Source: Candidatus Omnitrophota bacterium
GTDB lineage: Bacteria; Omnitrophota; Gorgyraeia; Zapsychrales; Zapsychraceae
Length of the DNA: 64,000 bases
Assembly: GCA_015233115.1 (NCBI GenBank)
Contig: JADFYJ010000003.1
Span: forward strand, 104,536 to 168,535
Reading direction: 5' to 3'
The notes beneath the pieces are model-generated. The model was not told the origin of the DNA. It saw only the letters and a list, made by a program, of their open reading frames with translations, and did not search any database. The position numbers and the translations under genes were made by a program. Shown here in pieces: positions 56,488 to 64,000 of the stretch (positions are counted from its first letter, which is position 1; every line of letters begins with the position of its first letter).

Positions 56488-57519
56488 ATGGTATTCACAA
56501 TTTTTACGATTTTATTTGTTATATTTCTCATTATCTCTGGGTGGCTAGCCCGCCGGATCGTCCGCTTGGTTGATGATGAGTTAACACGTAAGTTAGCCGT
56601 GGAAGATGAGAGCTATCGTAAATATCTTGACCAAAAAATTGTCGCGGTTAAGAAACGAAAAGAATTGGAATCTGAATCAGCGGAGATTTTCACTTTATAT
56701 GAAATGACCAAAGATATTGTGGTGGCGTTTAATGAGGCAGAAGCGTTACAGATTTTCAAGAATAAAATAGCTCAGCATGTACGGGTTGAACAATGTGAAT
56801 TTTTTGAAATGGAAACAACCGCAGAAATGCGGTCATCCAAAAAAGACGCGGAGCATTGTGTTTTTACTCTGCAGGGGAAAAATAGTAAGCTGGGTTATTT
56901 GGATTTTATCGGTATTCATCCGGATGATAAAGAAAAAGCCGCTATTCTTGTCCAACAATTTGCGCTAGCGTTAAGACGGGTACGGTTACGGGAAGAAATT
57001 GAACGTTTGGCCATCACGGACAGTTTGACGGAGGTATATACACGGCGTTACGTTTTAGAACGGTTCAATGAAGATATCAAACGGTCTAAACATCGCAATA
57101 TGCAGACATCATTGTTAATGATAGATGTGGATTTTTTTAAGAAATATAATGATGATTTTGGGCATCTGGTCGGAGACCGGATCTTGCGCGAAATAGGGCA
57201 GATTATCAAAACGCATATCCGTGAAATTGATATTGCGGGGCGTTATGGCGGAGAAGAATTTTGTGTCGTCCTGCCGGATACAGATAAAGACGGTGCCGCG
57301 TTTGTCGCAGAACGTATTCGTGCTGCTGCGGAACAGGCAGAGATTGATGCCTATGATGCCAGAATCAATGTGACGTTGAGTATAGGAACTTCGTCTTTTC
57401 CAAAAGATGGCAAAACTATTGATGAGTTGGTAGATAAGGCAGATTGGGCATTGTATCGGGCAAAAAAAATTGGCCGGAATAAAGTCTGCGCCTTTGGAGT
57501 ATACGAAGACTCCGTTTAG
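56488..57519 (+). CDS. Membrane-anchored GGDEF diguanylate cyclase with I-site
   Basis: N-terminal TM; REIDIAGRYGGEEF (RxxD I-site + GGEEF); TAGGAG RBS. Confidence 0.8.
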   Translation: MVFTIFTILFVIFLIISGWLARRIVRLVDDELTRKLAVEDESYRKYLDQKIVAVKKRKELESESAEIFTLYEMTKDIVVAFNEAEALQIFKNKIAQHVRVEQCEFFEMETTAEMRSSKKDAEHCVFTLQGKNSKLGYLDFIGIHPDDKEKAAILVQQFALALRRVRLREEIERLAITDSLTEVYTRRYVLERFNEDIKRSKHRNMQTSLLMIDVDFFKKYNDDFGHLVGDRILREIGQIIKTHIREIDIAGRYGGEEFCVVLPDTDKDGAAFVAERIRAAAEQAEIDAYDARINVTLSIGTSSFPKDGKTIDELVDKADWALYRAKKIGRNKVCAFGVYEDSV

Positions 57520-57642
57520 GAACTGTTTGAAAACGCCCATCTGCGGCGTTATTCTCTCGTTCGCTTGTGCGGCGTACTTACTGCTGTACGCCTCCGCGTT
57601 CACTCGGGAATGCCTTGCATCTGGGCATTTTGAAACAGTTCC
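57520..57642 (+). ncRNA. Candidate structured RNA element (closed ~123-nt domain) between GGDEF gene and glucokinase
   Basis: GAACTGTTTGAAAACGCCCA (57520-57539) pairs 18/20 with TGGGCATTTTGAAACAGTTC (57623-57642); internal GGCGTAC-TTACTGCT-GTACGCC hairpin; visibly more GC-rich than flanks. Confidence 0.35.
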
Positions 57643-57681
57643 ACTATAATCTTACCTTTTATATAATTAATAAAACAATTA

Positions 57682-57710
57682 TTGAATGACGAGTACATAT
57701 CATGTAAAAT
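57682..57710 (+). promoter_or_regulatory. Candidate promoter for glucokinase gene
   Basis: TTGAAT (57682-57687), 17-nt spacer, TAAAAT (57705-57710) with TG immediately upstream. Confidence 0.35.
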
Positions 57711-57748
57711 GCTCAAAATATAAAAAAGTGATTATTATTATGAATAAG

Positions 57749-58699
57749 TATTATATTGGTATTGATGTGGGCGGGACAAATATTAAGTTTGGACTGCTTA
57801 ACGAATCCGGAACGATTATCGCTAGAAATCGTTTATCAACAGTGAGTTGCGCTTCTTCTAAAAAAAAGCTTATCAATGCTCTTACCGGTATTATCCATCA
57901 GTTAATGAATGAAAATAATTTAAAAAACAATCAAATGGCAGGAATAGGATTTGGTTTACCGGGACTCATTGATGCTGAAGCTGGTGAGGTCAAGATATTA
58001 ACGAATATTTTTGGCTGGAAAAATGTTCCGCTCAAGAAAATGATGGAGGATGCCACAGGTATTCCTACTTTCATAGATAATGATGTTAATGTGATTACTT
58101 TGGGAGAATGGAAATACGGGGCAGGACGGGGTTATGACAATTTGGTGTGTATTACAGTTGGTACAGGTGTGGGCGGAGGGTTAATTTTAAACGGGGAGAT
58201 CTATCGCGGTCCCGGCTTTACTGCTGGAGAAATTGGACATATTCCATTAAATGAAAAAGGGCCGGCTTGCAATTGCGGAGGTTCTGGATGTCTAGAAGCG
58301 TATGTGGGGAATCGTCATTTGATTGCCAAAGCTGCTAAGCTTTTTAAAAATAAAAATATTCGATTGGAAGATGTATCAGAATTGGCGAAAAAAGAAAATT
58401 CCCGGGCTATTGAATTTTGGGAAGAAGCTGGCTTTCATATAGGTATGGGTTTAGTGAGCGTGATTAATGTTTTAAATCCCCAGTTAATTGTGATCGGCGG
58501 TGGAGTTTCGAATGGCCTGCCATTTATGAAAAAATCATTAGAAAAAACGATTCAAAGCAGGGCTATGAAGATTCCGGCTGGTATGGTCAAAATTGTAAAA
58601 GCCAAGCTGGGCGATGACGCGGGATTAATTGGGGCAATGGTACTTGTTAAAAGTCAGAAGGTCAGAAGTCAGAAGTCAGAAGAAAAAACGATTGGTTAG
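57749..58699 (+). CDS. ROK-family glucokinase
   Basis: YYIGIDVGGTNIKFGLL, CNCGGSGCLEAYV zinc motif; C-terminal 15 aa (SQKVRSQKSEEKTIG) encoded by the GTCAGAAG repeat array. Confidence 0.75.
   Translation, partial: YYIGIDVGGTNIKFGLLNESGTIIARNRLSTVSCASSKKKLINALTGIIHQLMNENNLKNNQMAGIGFGLPGLIDAEAGEVKILTNIFGWKNVPLKKMMEDATGIPTFIDNDVNVITLGEWKYGAGRGYDNLVCITVGTGVGGGLILNGEIYRGPGFTAGEIGHIPLNEKGPACNCGGSGCLEAYVGNRHLIAKAAKLFKNKNIRLEDVSELAKKENSRAIEFWEEAGFHIGMGLVSVINVLNPQLIVIGGGVSNGLPFMKKSLEKTIQSRAMKIPAGMVKIVKAKLGDDAGLIGAMVLVKSQKVRSQKSEEKTIG
58651..58693 (+). repeat. Left-type array (GTCAGAAG family) + conserved box, inside glucokinase 3' coding end
   Basis: GTCAGAAGGTCAGAAGTCAGAAGTCAGAAG + AAAAAACGATTGG, all translated in frame. 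Confidence 0.7.
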
Positions 58700-58743
58700 A
58701 AAAACAAATAAACCAAATTATCAACTATTTATTAAGCGATCTG

Positions 58744-60849
58744 ATGAAATTTTTATTCAATAAAAAAATATTTTTGGCCTCGATTGTTGCCCTTTTTGGT
58801 TTAGGTCTTTCTTCCGCCTTTGCCCAAGAAACTGTGGAATTAAATGGCGATACGCTTGAATATTCTATGAGCGGAAACATCGCTACCGCTAAAGGGCATG
58901 TGGTGGTTAAATACCGCGGCGCGGTTTTGATGTGCGACGAGGCAGAGATGGATCGCAATACCAAGATTGCTAAAGCAAAAGGACATGTTCATTTACATGG
59001 CGGGTCAAGCGACATTTATGGGGATAACATTATTTTTAATTTTGACACTATGACGGGTGAGTTCATGAATGCGAATATTTTTGCTGATCCGTATTATGGC
59101 AAAGCAAAAAAAATTATTAAGGCCGGCCCGGATAAAATTATCATGGAAGACGGATATATGACGACGTCGGATTACGATAAACCGGGTTATCGTTTACGCT
59201 CATCAAAAATCGAGGTTTATCCTGGAAAAAAACTTGTGGCGCATGATATGACAACCGTGATCGGACAGGTGCCATTGATGTATGTCCCCCGTTTTGCTAA
59301 ACGTTTAGATCAGCGGCGTCCTTTCATAACCATTGTTCCCGGCTATAAAAACGCCTGGGGCCCAACTTTATTGACCAGAATACGTGTGCCGCTTAATGAT
59401 TATTTACAAACCACCTTACATTTAGATTATCGTGAACGGCGCGGTATGTCAGAAGGGTTTGATTCTCAGTATCAAATCCCCGGCTTTGGAAAAGGGATGC
59501 TTCGTGGATATTATATGGATGAGTATACACTGGCTCAAAATCATATTTGGGATCCTAAAATCGGTCATACCACATGGCGGGAACGGTATAAATTGTCCTG
59601 GCGTCATAGCTGGAATATTAATTCAAAAACTAACGCGATTTGGCAATATTATAAAATTAGCGATGCCAATTATCTTAAAGACTATTTCCAAAAAGAGAAT
59701 GATGTTGATTCCGCTCCTAAAAGTTATTTTGTAATGACCCGATCTTTGCCGGTGGGCATGATGACGCTCCGTGCCGATGGACATGTGAACCGCTGGATGG
59801 ATGAGGTCACCCGGCTGCCGGAAGTCACGTATGATTTAGCAGAGAAAAAATTAGGCGACACTAATTTTTATTTTAAAGATACGACCGCGTACGTGAATTT
59901 AGCACATGAACATGCCGCTCCTTCTTCGACTAAAGAAAAGACTATCCGGCTGGATACGGAAAATGAGTTCTCCTATTTGACCAAAGTAGGTATTTTTGAA
60001 GTTAAACCTTTTGTGGGCGGCGAATGGACGTATTATAGCCGGACGATTGATCCGGAGAATACGGACGCTATCCGGGGTATTTTTAAGACGGGGACCAGTA
60101 TCAGTACGAAATTTTATAAATTGTATGACGCGCATTGGGATGCTCTGGGCATCAAAATTAATCAAATACGACATGTCATCACGCCGACTATTACTTATGA
60201 TTATGAGCACCGTCCAACATTATTGGCTGATCGTTTGAATCAATTTGATGGGATTGACAATCGGCAGGCTATTCATGATATTAATTTTGGTACTGAACAA
60301 AAATGGCAGACCAAGCGTAATGGAAAAACCGTGGATCTGGTGCGGTTATTGGTGTCCACGGATTATCGCTTAAAGACCGATGCTATTGGCGAAGGATTAG
60401 ATGGTATTAATTGGAGCAGTGATGTGAAACCTGCGAATTGGCTGACACTATACACGGATGGACGCTATAATACCCGCGAGGATAATTTGAGTACGGCTAA
60501 TTTTGACGCGTATATTAACGGCAAAGATGATAAATGGAGATTTGGTTTAGGAAAAAGATACAACCGTGCTGTTGATGATTTAATTACGACGGATTTTACT
60601 TATAAAGTAAACCGGAAATGGAGCGTCGGACTATATGAGCGTTTTGATGCTAAGACCGGTAAAATGAAAGAACAAGAATATCGTTTGACTCGAGATCTGC
60701 ATTCTTGGCAAGTGGACACCACATTAAATTATAAGAGCGATGGGTCTAGTGAGGTTATGTTTGTTTTCAAATTAAAAGCTTTTCCGCAGATTGGTTTTGA
60801 TTTTAATTCCGGATTAAGCAGAAGTCAGCCGGGAGCGAATCCGCAGTAA
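58744..60849 (+). CDS. lptD: LPS-assembly outer-membrane protein LptD (OstA family)
   Basis: Signal peptide; N-terminal OstA/LptA-like beta-jellyroll; ~600-aa beta-rich C-terminal region. Confidence 0.6.
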   Translation: MKFLFNKKIFLASIVALFGLGLSSAFAQETVELNGDTLEYSMSGNIATAKGHVVVKYRGAVLMCDEAEMDRNTKIAKAKGHVHLHGGSSDIYGDNIIFNFDTMTGEFMNANIFADPYYGKAKKIIKAGPDKIIMEDGYMTTSDYDKPGYRLRSSKIEVYPGKKLVAHDMTTVIGQVPLMYVPRFAKRLDQRRPFITIVPGYKNAWGPTLLTRIRVPLNDYLQTTLHLDYRERRGMSEGFDSQYQIPGFGKGMLRGYYMDEYTLAQNHIWDPKIGHTTWRERYKLSWRHSWNINSKTNAIWQYYKISDANYLKDYFQKENDVDSAPKSYFVMTRSLPVGMMTLRADGHVNRWMDEVTRLPEVTYDLAEKKLGDTNFYFKDTTAYVNLAHEHAAPSSTKEKTIRLDTENEFSYLTKVGIFEVKPFVGGEWTYYSRTIDPENTDAIRGIFKTGTSISTKFYKLYDAHWDALGIKINQIRHVITPTITYDYEHRPTLLADRLNQFDGIDNRQAIHDINFGTEQKWQTKRNGKTVDLVRLLVSTDYRLKTDAIGEGLDGINWSSDVKPANWLTLYTDGRYNTREDNLSTANFDAYINGKDDKWRFGLGKRYNRAVDDLITTDFTYKVNRKWSVGLYERFDAKTGKMKEQEYRLTRDLHSWQVDTTLNYKSDGSSEVMFVFKLKAFPQIGFDFNSGLSRSQPGANPQ

Positions 60850-60885
60850 AAATTTTTTAAAATATTTTAGAACAGGATAAACAAC

Positions 60886-62223
60886 ATGGAAATTGCCGTT
60901 GTAGGTTCGGGATATGTCGGGTTGGTGACCGGAGTTTGTTTAGCGCATTTGGGCCATCGGGTGACCTGCATTGATATCAATCTGGAAAAAATTAATAAAT
61001 TAAGAAAAGGCGTCCCTCCCATTTATGAACCTGGTTTGGACGTTATGCTTAAAGATTTGATCCGAAAAAAACGGATTACATTTTCAACCTCTATTAAGAC
61101 GGGGACAAAAAAAGCGGTGGTGATTTTTATCGCTGTGGGGACGCCGTCGAAACCCAATGGGGAAGCTGATTTGACTTATGTGGAGAATGTGGCGCGGGAA
61201 GTCGCGGAAAATATGCATTCGTATAAATTGTTAGTTGAGAAATCGACTGTCCCGGCTGAGACCGGACTTCGGATCCGCAGGACTGTACAGATGAATTTGC
61301 CGAAAAAATATCGGAATAAAAATAACGGCGGTTTGGAATTTGACGTGGCGTCTAACCCTGAATTTTTACGGGAAGGTTCAGCGATTGAAGATTTTATGAA
61401 TCCTGACCGGGTGGTTGTCGGGGTTGAGTCCAAGAGAGCGGAAGAAATTTTCCGGGAGATATACAAACCGTTAAAACCGCGGATGATTGTGACTGATTTG
61501 AAATCAGCAGAATTGATTAAACACGCGTCTAATTCTTTTTTAGCGACAAAAATCTCATTCATCAATTCTATTGCTCAGGTCTGTGACCGGGTGGGTGCTG
61601 ATGTTTTAAAGGTTTCGGAAGGAATGGGTTTTGATAAACGGATTGGCCGCCATTTTCTTGATGCAGGAATTGGTTATGGAGGGAGCTGTTTCCCGAAAGA
61701 TGTGGAAGCGTTTATTCATTTGAGTGAAAAAAGTGGATATAATTTTATTTTGTTAGACGCGGTACGCAAGGTGAATGAATCTCAGCGGCGGTATTTTATC
61801 CGGCTGATTGAAGATAAACTCTGGATTGTAAAAAATAAAGTGATTGCCGTGTTGGGATTGTCGTTTAAGCCCAATACAGATGATATGCGGTCTGCGCCTT
61901 CGGTAGATATTATTCAGGCATTGCAAAAAGAAGGGGCAACGGTTCGGGCGTATGATCCTCAAGCGATGGAAAATGCTCAAAGCCTTTTACCTGGGGTTAC
62001 TTTGACCAAAGATGTTTTCTCAGCGGTTAAAGGAGCGCATTGCCTTTTGTTGTTAACCGAATGGCCGGAATTTAAAAAAATTGATTTTAAACGGATCCAT
62101 AATTTGATGCAACAGCCATTAGTGTTTGACGGCCGTAATATGTTCGCCGATGAAAATCTGGAGCAATATGGTTTTGAATATTATGGGATCGGCAGGGGGA
62201 TTTATAAAGGAGAAAGAGGATAA
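60886..62223 (+). CDS. UDP-glucose 6-dehydrogenase
   Basis: MEIAVVGSGYVGLVTG, catalytic GGSCFPKD. Confidence 0.8.
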   Translation: MEIAVVGSGYVGLVTGVCLAHLGHRVTCIDINLEKINKLRKGVPPIYEPGLDVMLKDLIRKKRITFSTSIKTGTKKAVVIFIAVGTPSKPNGEADLTYVENVAREVAENMHSYKLLVEKSTVPAETGLRIRRTVQMNLPKKYRNKNNGGLEFDVASNPEFLREGSAIEDFMNPDRVVVGVESKRAEEIFREIYKPLKPRMIVTDLKSAELIKHASNSFLATKISFINSIAQVCDRVGADVLKVSEGMGFDKRIGRHFLDAGIGYGGSCFPKDVEAFIHLSEKSGYNFILLDAVRKVNESQRRYFIRLIEDKLWIVKNKVIAVLGLSFKPNTDDMRSAPSVDIIQALQKEGATVRAYDPQAMENAQSLLPGVTLTKDVFSAVKGAHCLLLLTEWPEFKKIDFKRIHNLMQQPLVFDGRNMFADENLEQYGFEYYGIGRGIYKGERG

Positions 62224-62226
62224 AAT

Positions 62227-63528
62227 ATGTCGATGATACTGAAAAAAAAGATCGCGGATAAGTCCGCTAAAATTGCTGTGATCGGTTTGGGATATGTCGG
62301 TCTGCCGTTAGCCGTGAATTTTGCCAAGGCTGGATATCGGGTTTTTGGTTTGGATACGGATCAGGACCGGGTCAAAAAATTAATGGCTAAGCAAAGTTAT
62401 ATTTTGGATATATCTTCGCAGGAAATCAGTAAAGTTGTAACCAGCGGTAAGCTGGATGGACGCTGCGACTTTTCCGCTCTCAAAGAGGCTGATGTGGTGA
62501 TCATTTGTGTGCCTACGCCATTGAAACGGAAATATACGCCAGATATCAGTTATATCACGGGAGCCGTTCGGACGATTCGTAAATATTTGCATAAAAATAT
62601 GCTGATTGTTTTGGAAAGCACGACTTATCCCGGCACCACAGATGAATTGATCAAGCCTGAATTGGAAAAAAGCGGCATGAAATCCGGTAAAGATTTTTAT
62701 TTAGCGTTTTCGCCGGAAAGAATTGATCCGGGCAATCCTAAATATGATGTCACCACGATTACCAAAGTTGTCGGCGGGTTAACTCTGGCGGCCGGAGAAT
62801 TGACTAAGGCCTTGTACGAAAAAATTATTTCCAAGATTCATATGGTATCGTCGGCACGAGCGGCAGAGATGACCAAATTGCTGGAAAACACGTTCCGCAT
62901 CGTTAATATTGGCTGGGCTAATGAAGCCGCTATCATGTGCGAGAAATTGGGGATTGATATCTGGGAGGTTATTGAGGCGGCAAAGACGAAACCTTTTGGG
63001 TTTATGCCATTTTATCCAGGGTTAGGCGTGGGCGGCCATTGTATTCCTGACGATCCTTTATATTTATATTGGAAAGCCAAACAATATGGTTTTAGTTCGA
63101 AATTCATTAAATTGTCGGCGGATATTAATTTGGCCATGCCTCAGCACGCGGTGAATCGCTTAGCGGACATTCTGACCAAACGGAAAAAAAGTTTGAAAAA
63201 AGCCAAAGTGTTGATCATGGGCGTGACCTATAAAAAAGACGTGAAAGATTTGCGTAAAGCTCCGCCGTTAAAATTAATTGAACTTTTACGGGAACAGTCC
63301 GCGGGTGTGGATTATTATGATCCATTTATTCCTTTTCTTAAAATTGGGAACATCAATCAGGACTCCATTGAATTTAAACCGGCTGTGCTGGCAAAATACG
63401 ACGCGGTCATGATCGCGACGGATCATACGGATGTGGATTACGGGGCATTATTAAAATCAGCCAAATTGATTTTTGATGTCAAAAATGTATATGGGAAAAT
63501 TGTAAATCCGAAAGTGGTCAGATTCTAA
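62227..63528 (+). CDS. UDP-N-acetyl-D-mannosamine/glucosamine dehydrogenase (WecC/WbpA-like)
   Basis: [25 protein letters not shown]. Confidence 0.7.
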   Translation: MSMILKKKIADKSAKIAVIGLGYVGLPLAVNFAKAGYRVFGLDTDQDRVKKLMAKQSYILDISSQEISKVVTSGKLDGRCDFSALKEADVVIICVPTPLKRKYTPDISYITGAVRTIRKYLHKNMLIVLESTTYPGTTDELIKPELEKSGMKSGKDFYLAFSPERIDPGNPKYDVTTITKVVGGLTLAAGELTKALYEKIISKIHMVSSARAAEMTKLLENTFRIVNIGWANEAAIMCEKLGIDIWEVIEAAKTKPFGFMPFYPGLGVGGHCIPDDPLYLYWKAKQYGFSSKFIKLSADINLAMPQHAVNRLADILTKRKKSLKKAKVLIMGVTYKKDVKDLRKAPPLKLIELLREQSAGVDYYDPFIPFLKIGNINQDSIEFKPAVLAKYDAVMIATDHTDVDYGALLKSAKLIFDVKNVYGKIVNPKVVRF

Positions 63529-63529
63529 G

Positions 63530-64000
63530 ATGAAAAAAGAACATGTGGTCATTACCGGCGGTGCGGGGTTTTTAGGAAGTCATTTGTGCGATCGTTTTAT
63601 TGAGGATGGTTACAAGGTGACGTGTGTGGATAATTTGATCACAGGCAACAGCGAGAATATCGCGCATCTTCATAACAATAAGGATTTTAATTTTTTAAAA
63701 CACGACGTGTCAAAACCGTTTGAAATCGCGGGAAAAGTTGATCACATTTTACATTTTGCTTCTCCAGCTAGTCCCATAGATTATTTAAAATTTCCGATCC
63801 AAACGTTAAAGGTTGGCTCATTAGGAACGCATAATGCTTTGGGTTTAGCGAAATTGAAAAAAGCGCGGTTTTTGCTGGCTTCTACGTCAGAAGTTTACGG
63901 GGATCCGGAAGTCCATCCTCAAAAAGAAACGTATTGGGGACATGTTAATCCGATCGGCCCGCGCGGAGTTTACGATGAGGCCAAACGGTTTGGAGAAGCC
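63530..64000 (+). CDS. UDP-glucuronate decarboxylase (UDP-xylose synthase), 5' partial in window
   Basis: [51 protein letters not shown]; runs off window end. Confidence 0.75.
   Translation, partial: MKKEHVVITGGAGFLGSHLCDRFIEDGYKVTCVDNLITGNSENIAHLHNNKDFNFLKHDVSKPFEIAGKVDHILHFASPASPIDYLKFPIQTLKVGSLGTHNALGLAKLKKARFLLASTSEVYGDPEVHPQKETYWGHVNPIGPRGVYDEAKRFGEA

Overview
This 64 kb window is AT-rich (about 40% GC by eye). All ~50 credible genes lie on the + strand and none on the - strand. Most of it is housekeeping: a purine-biosynthesis cluster (purB, purC, purSL, a LOG-family gene, purQ, purM, purD, purE), then tsaC/ywlE-fusion, rpiB, glyA, nrdR and cca. The hrcA-grpE-dnaK-dnaJ heat-shock operon follows, with a consensus sigma-A promoter and a CIRCE operator upstream. 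Other genes include miaA, hflX, rsmE, a GAF-PtsP (EI-Ntr), accD, two tandem GGDEF cyclases, a ROK glucokinase, lptD and three UDP-sugar enzymes. LptD and the Firmicute-like gene order tsaC-ywlE-rpiB-glyA / hrcA-grpE-dnaK-dnaJ suggest a low-GC diderm; lineage is not assignable from sequence alone. Accessory content is a 2339-aa secreted giant protein (HAD-like, His-kinase-ATPase-like and two tandem ~190-aa duplicated domains), a secreted tail-fibre-like protein with repeated GNVGIGTTAP motifs and a C-terminal S74-type chaperone domain, a MORN/YwqK-repeat secreted protein and a DUF4143 AAA ATPase.

The most unusual signal is in the intergenic regions, not in any protein. (1) About 10 intergenic regions share one architecture: just after the upstream stop codon (sometimes overlapping it) there is a tandem array of 3-5 degenerate 7-9-mers. 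The families are GTRACMRA, GTATGTN, GTCAGAAG, GTGACAATG and GGTAAAG-like, and each is followed by a conserved GAAAAAGCGATTGG-like box. A 100-300 bp AT-rich spacer follows (A-rich on the left, T-rich on the right), and then the exact reverse complement of the same repeat family sits just upstream of the next RBS. The left and right arrays always match in family within one intergenic region, so they can form long terminal inverted repeats or mRNA stems. This looks like a Correia/MITE-like or RNase-III-punctuation system colonising almost every gene junction. (2) A second family is a ~125-bp structured palindromic element in 7 same-orientation copies. Its apical hairpin changes sequence but keeps pairing in three variants (cagctcc/ggagctg, ccttggc/gccaagg, cagcgac/gtcgctg). 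In three of the copies (C, D, F) all + strand stem mismatches are A.C, which become G.U on the - strand, pointing to an RNA read antisense to the genes. (3) Smaller families are a GC-rich hairpin GGGCGATC-TCCC-GATCGCCC present as a TIR pair plus a solo copy, a GGATCCCCGA...TCGGGGATGACA hairpin in two copies, and a closed GC-rich ~125-nt structured element between the second GGDEF gene and the glucokinase. No tRNA, rRNA, CRISPR array, transposase or integrase was recognised.
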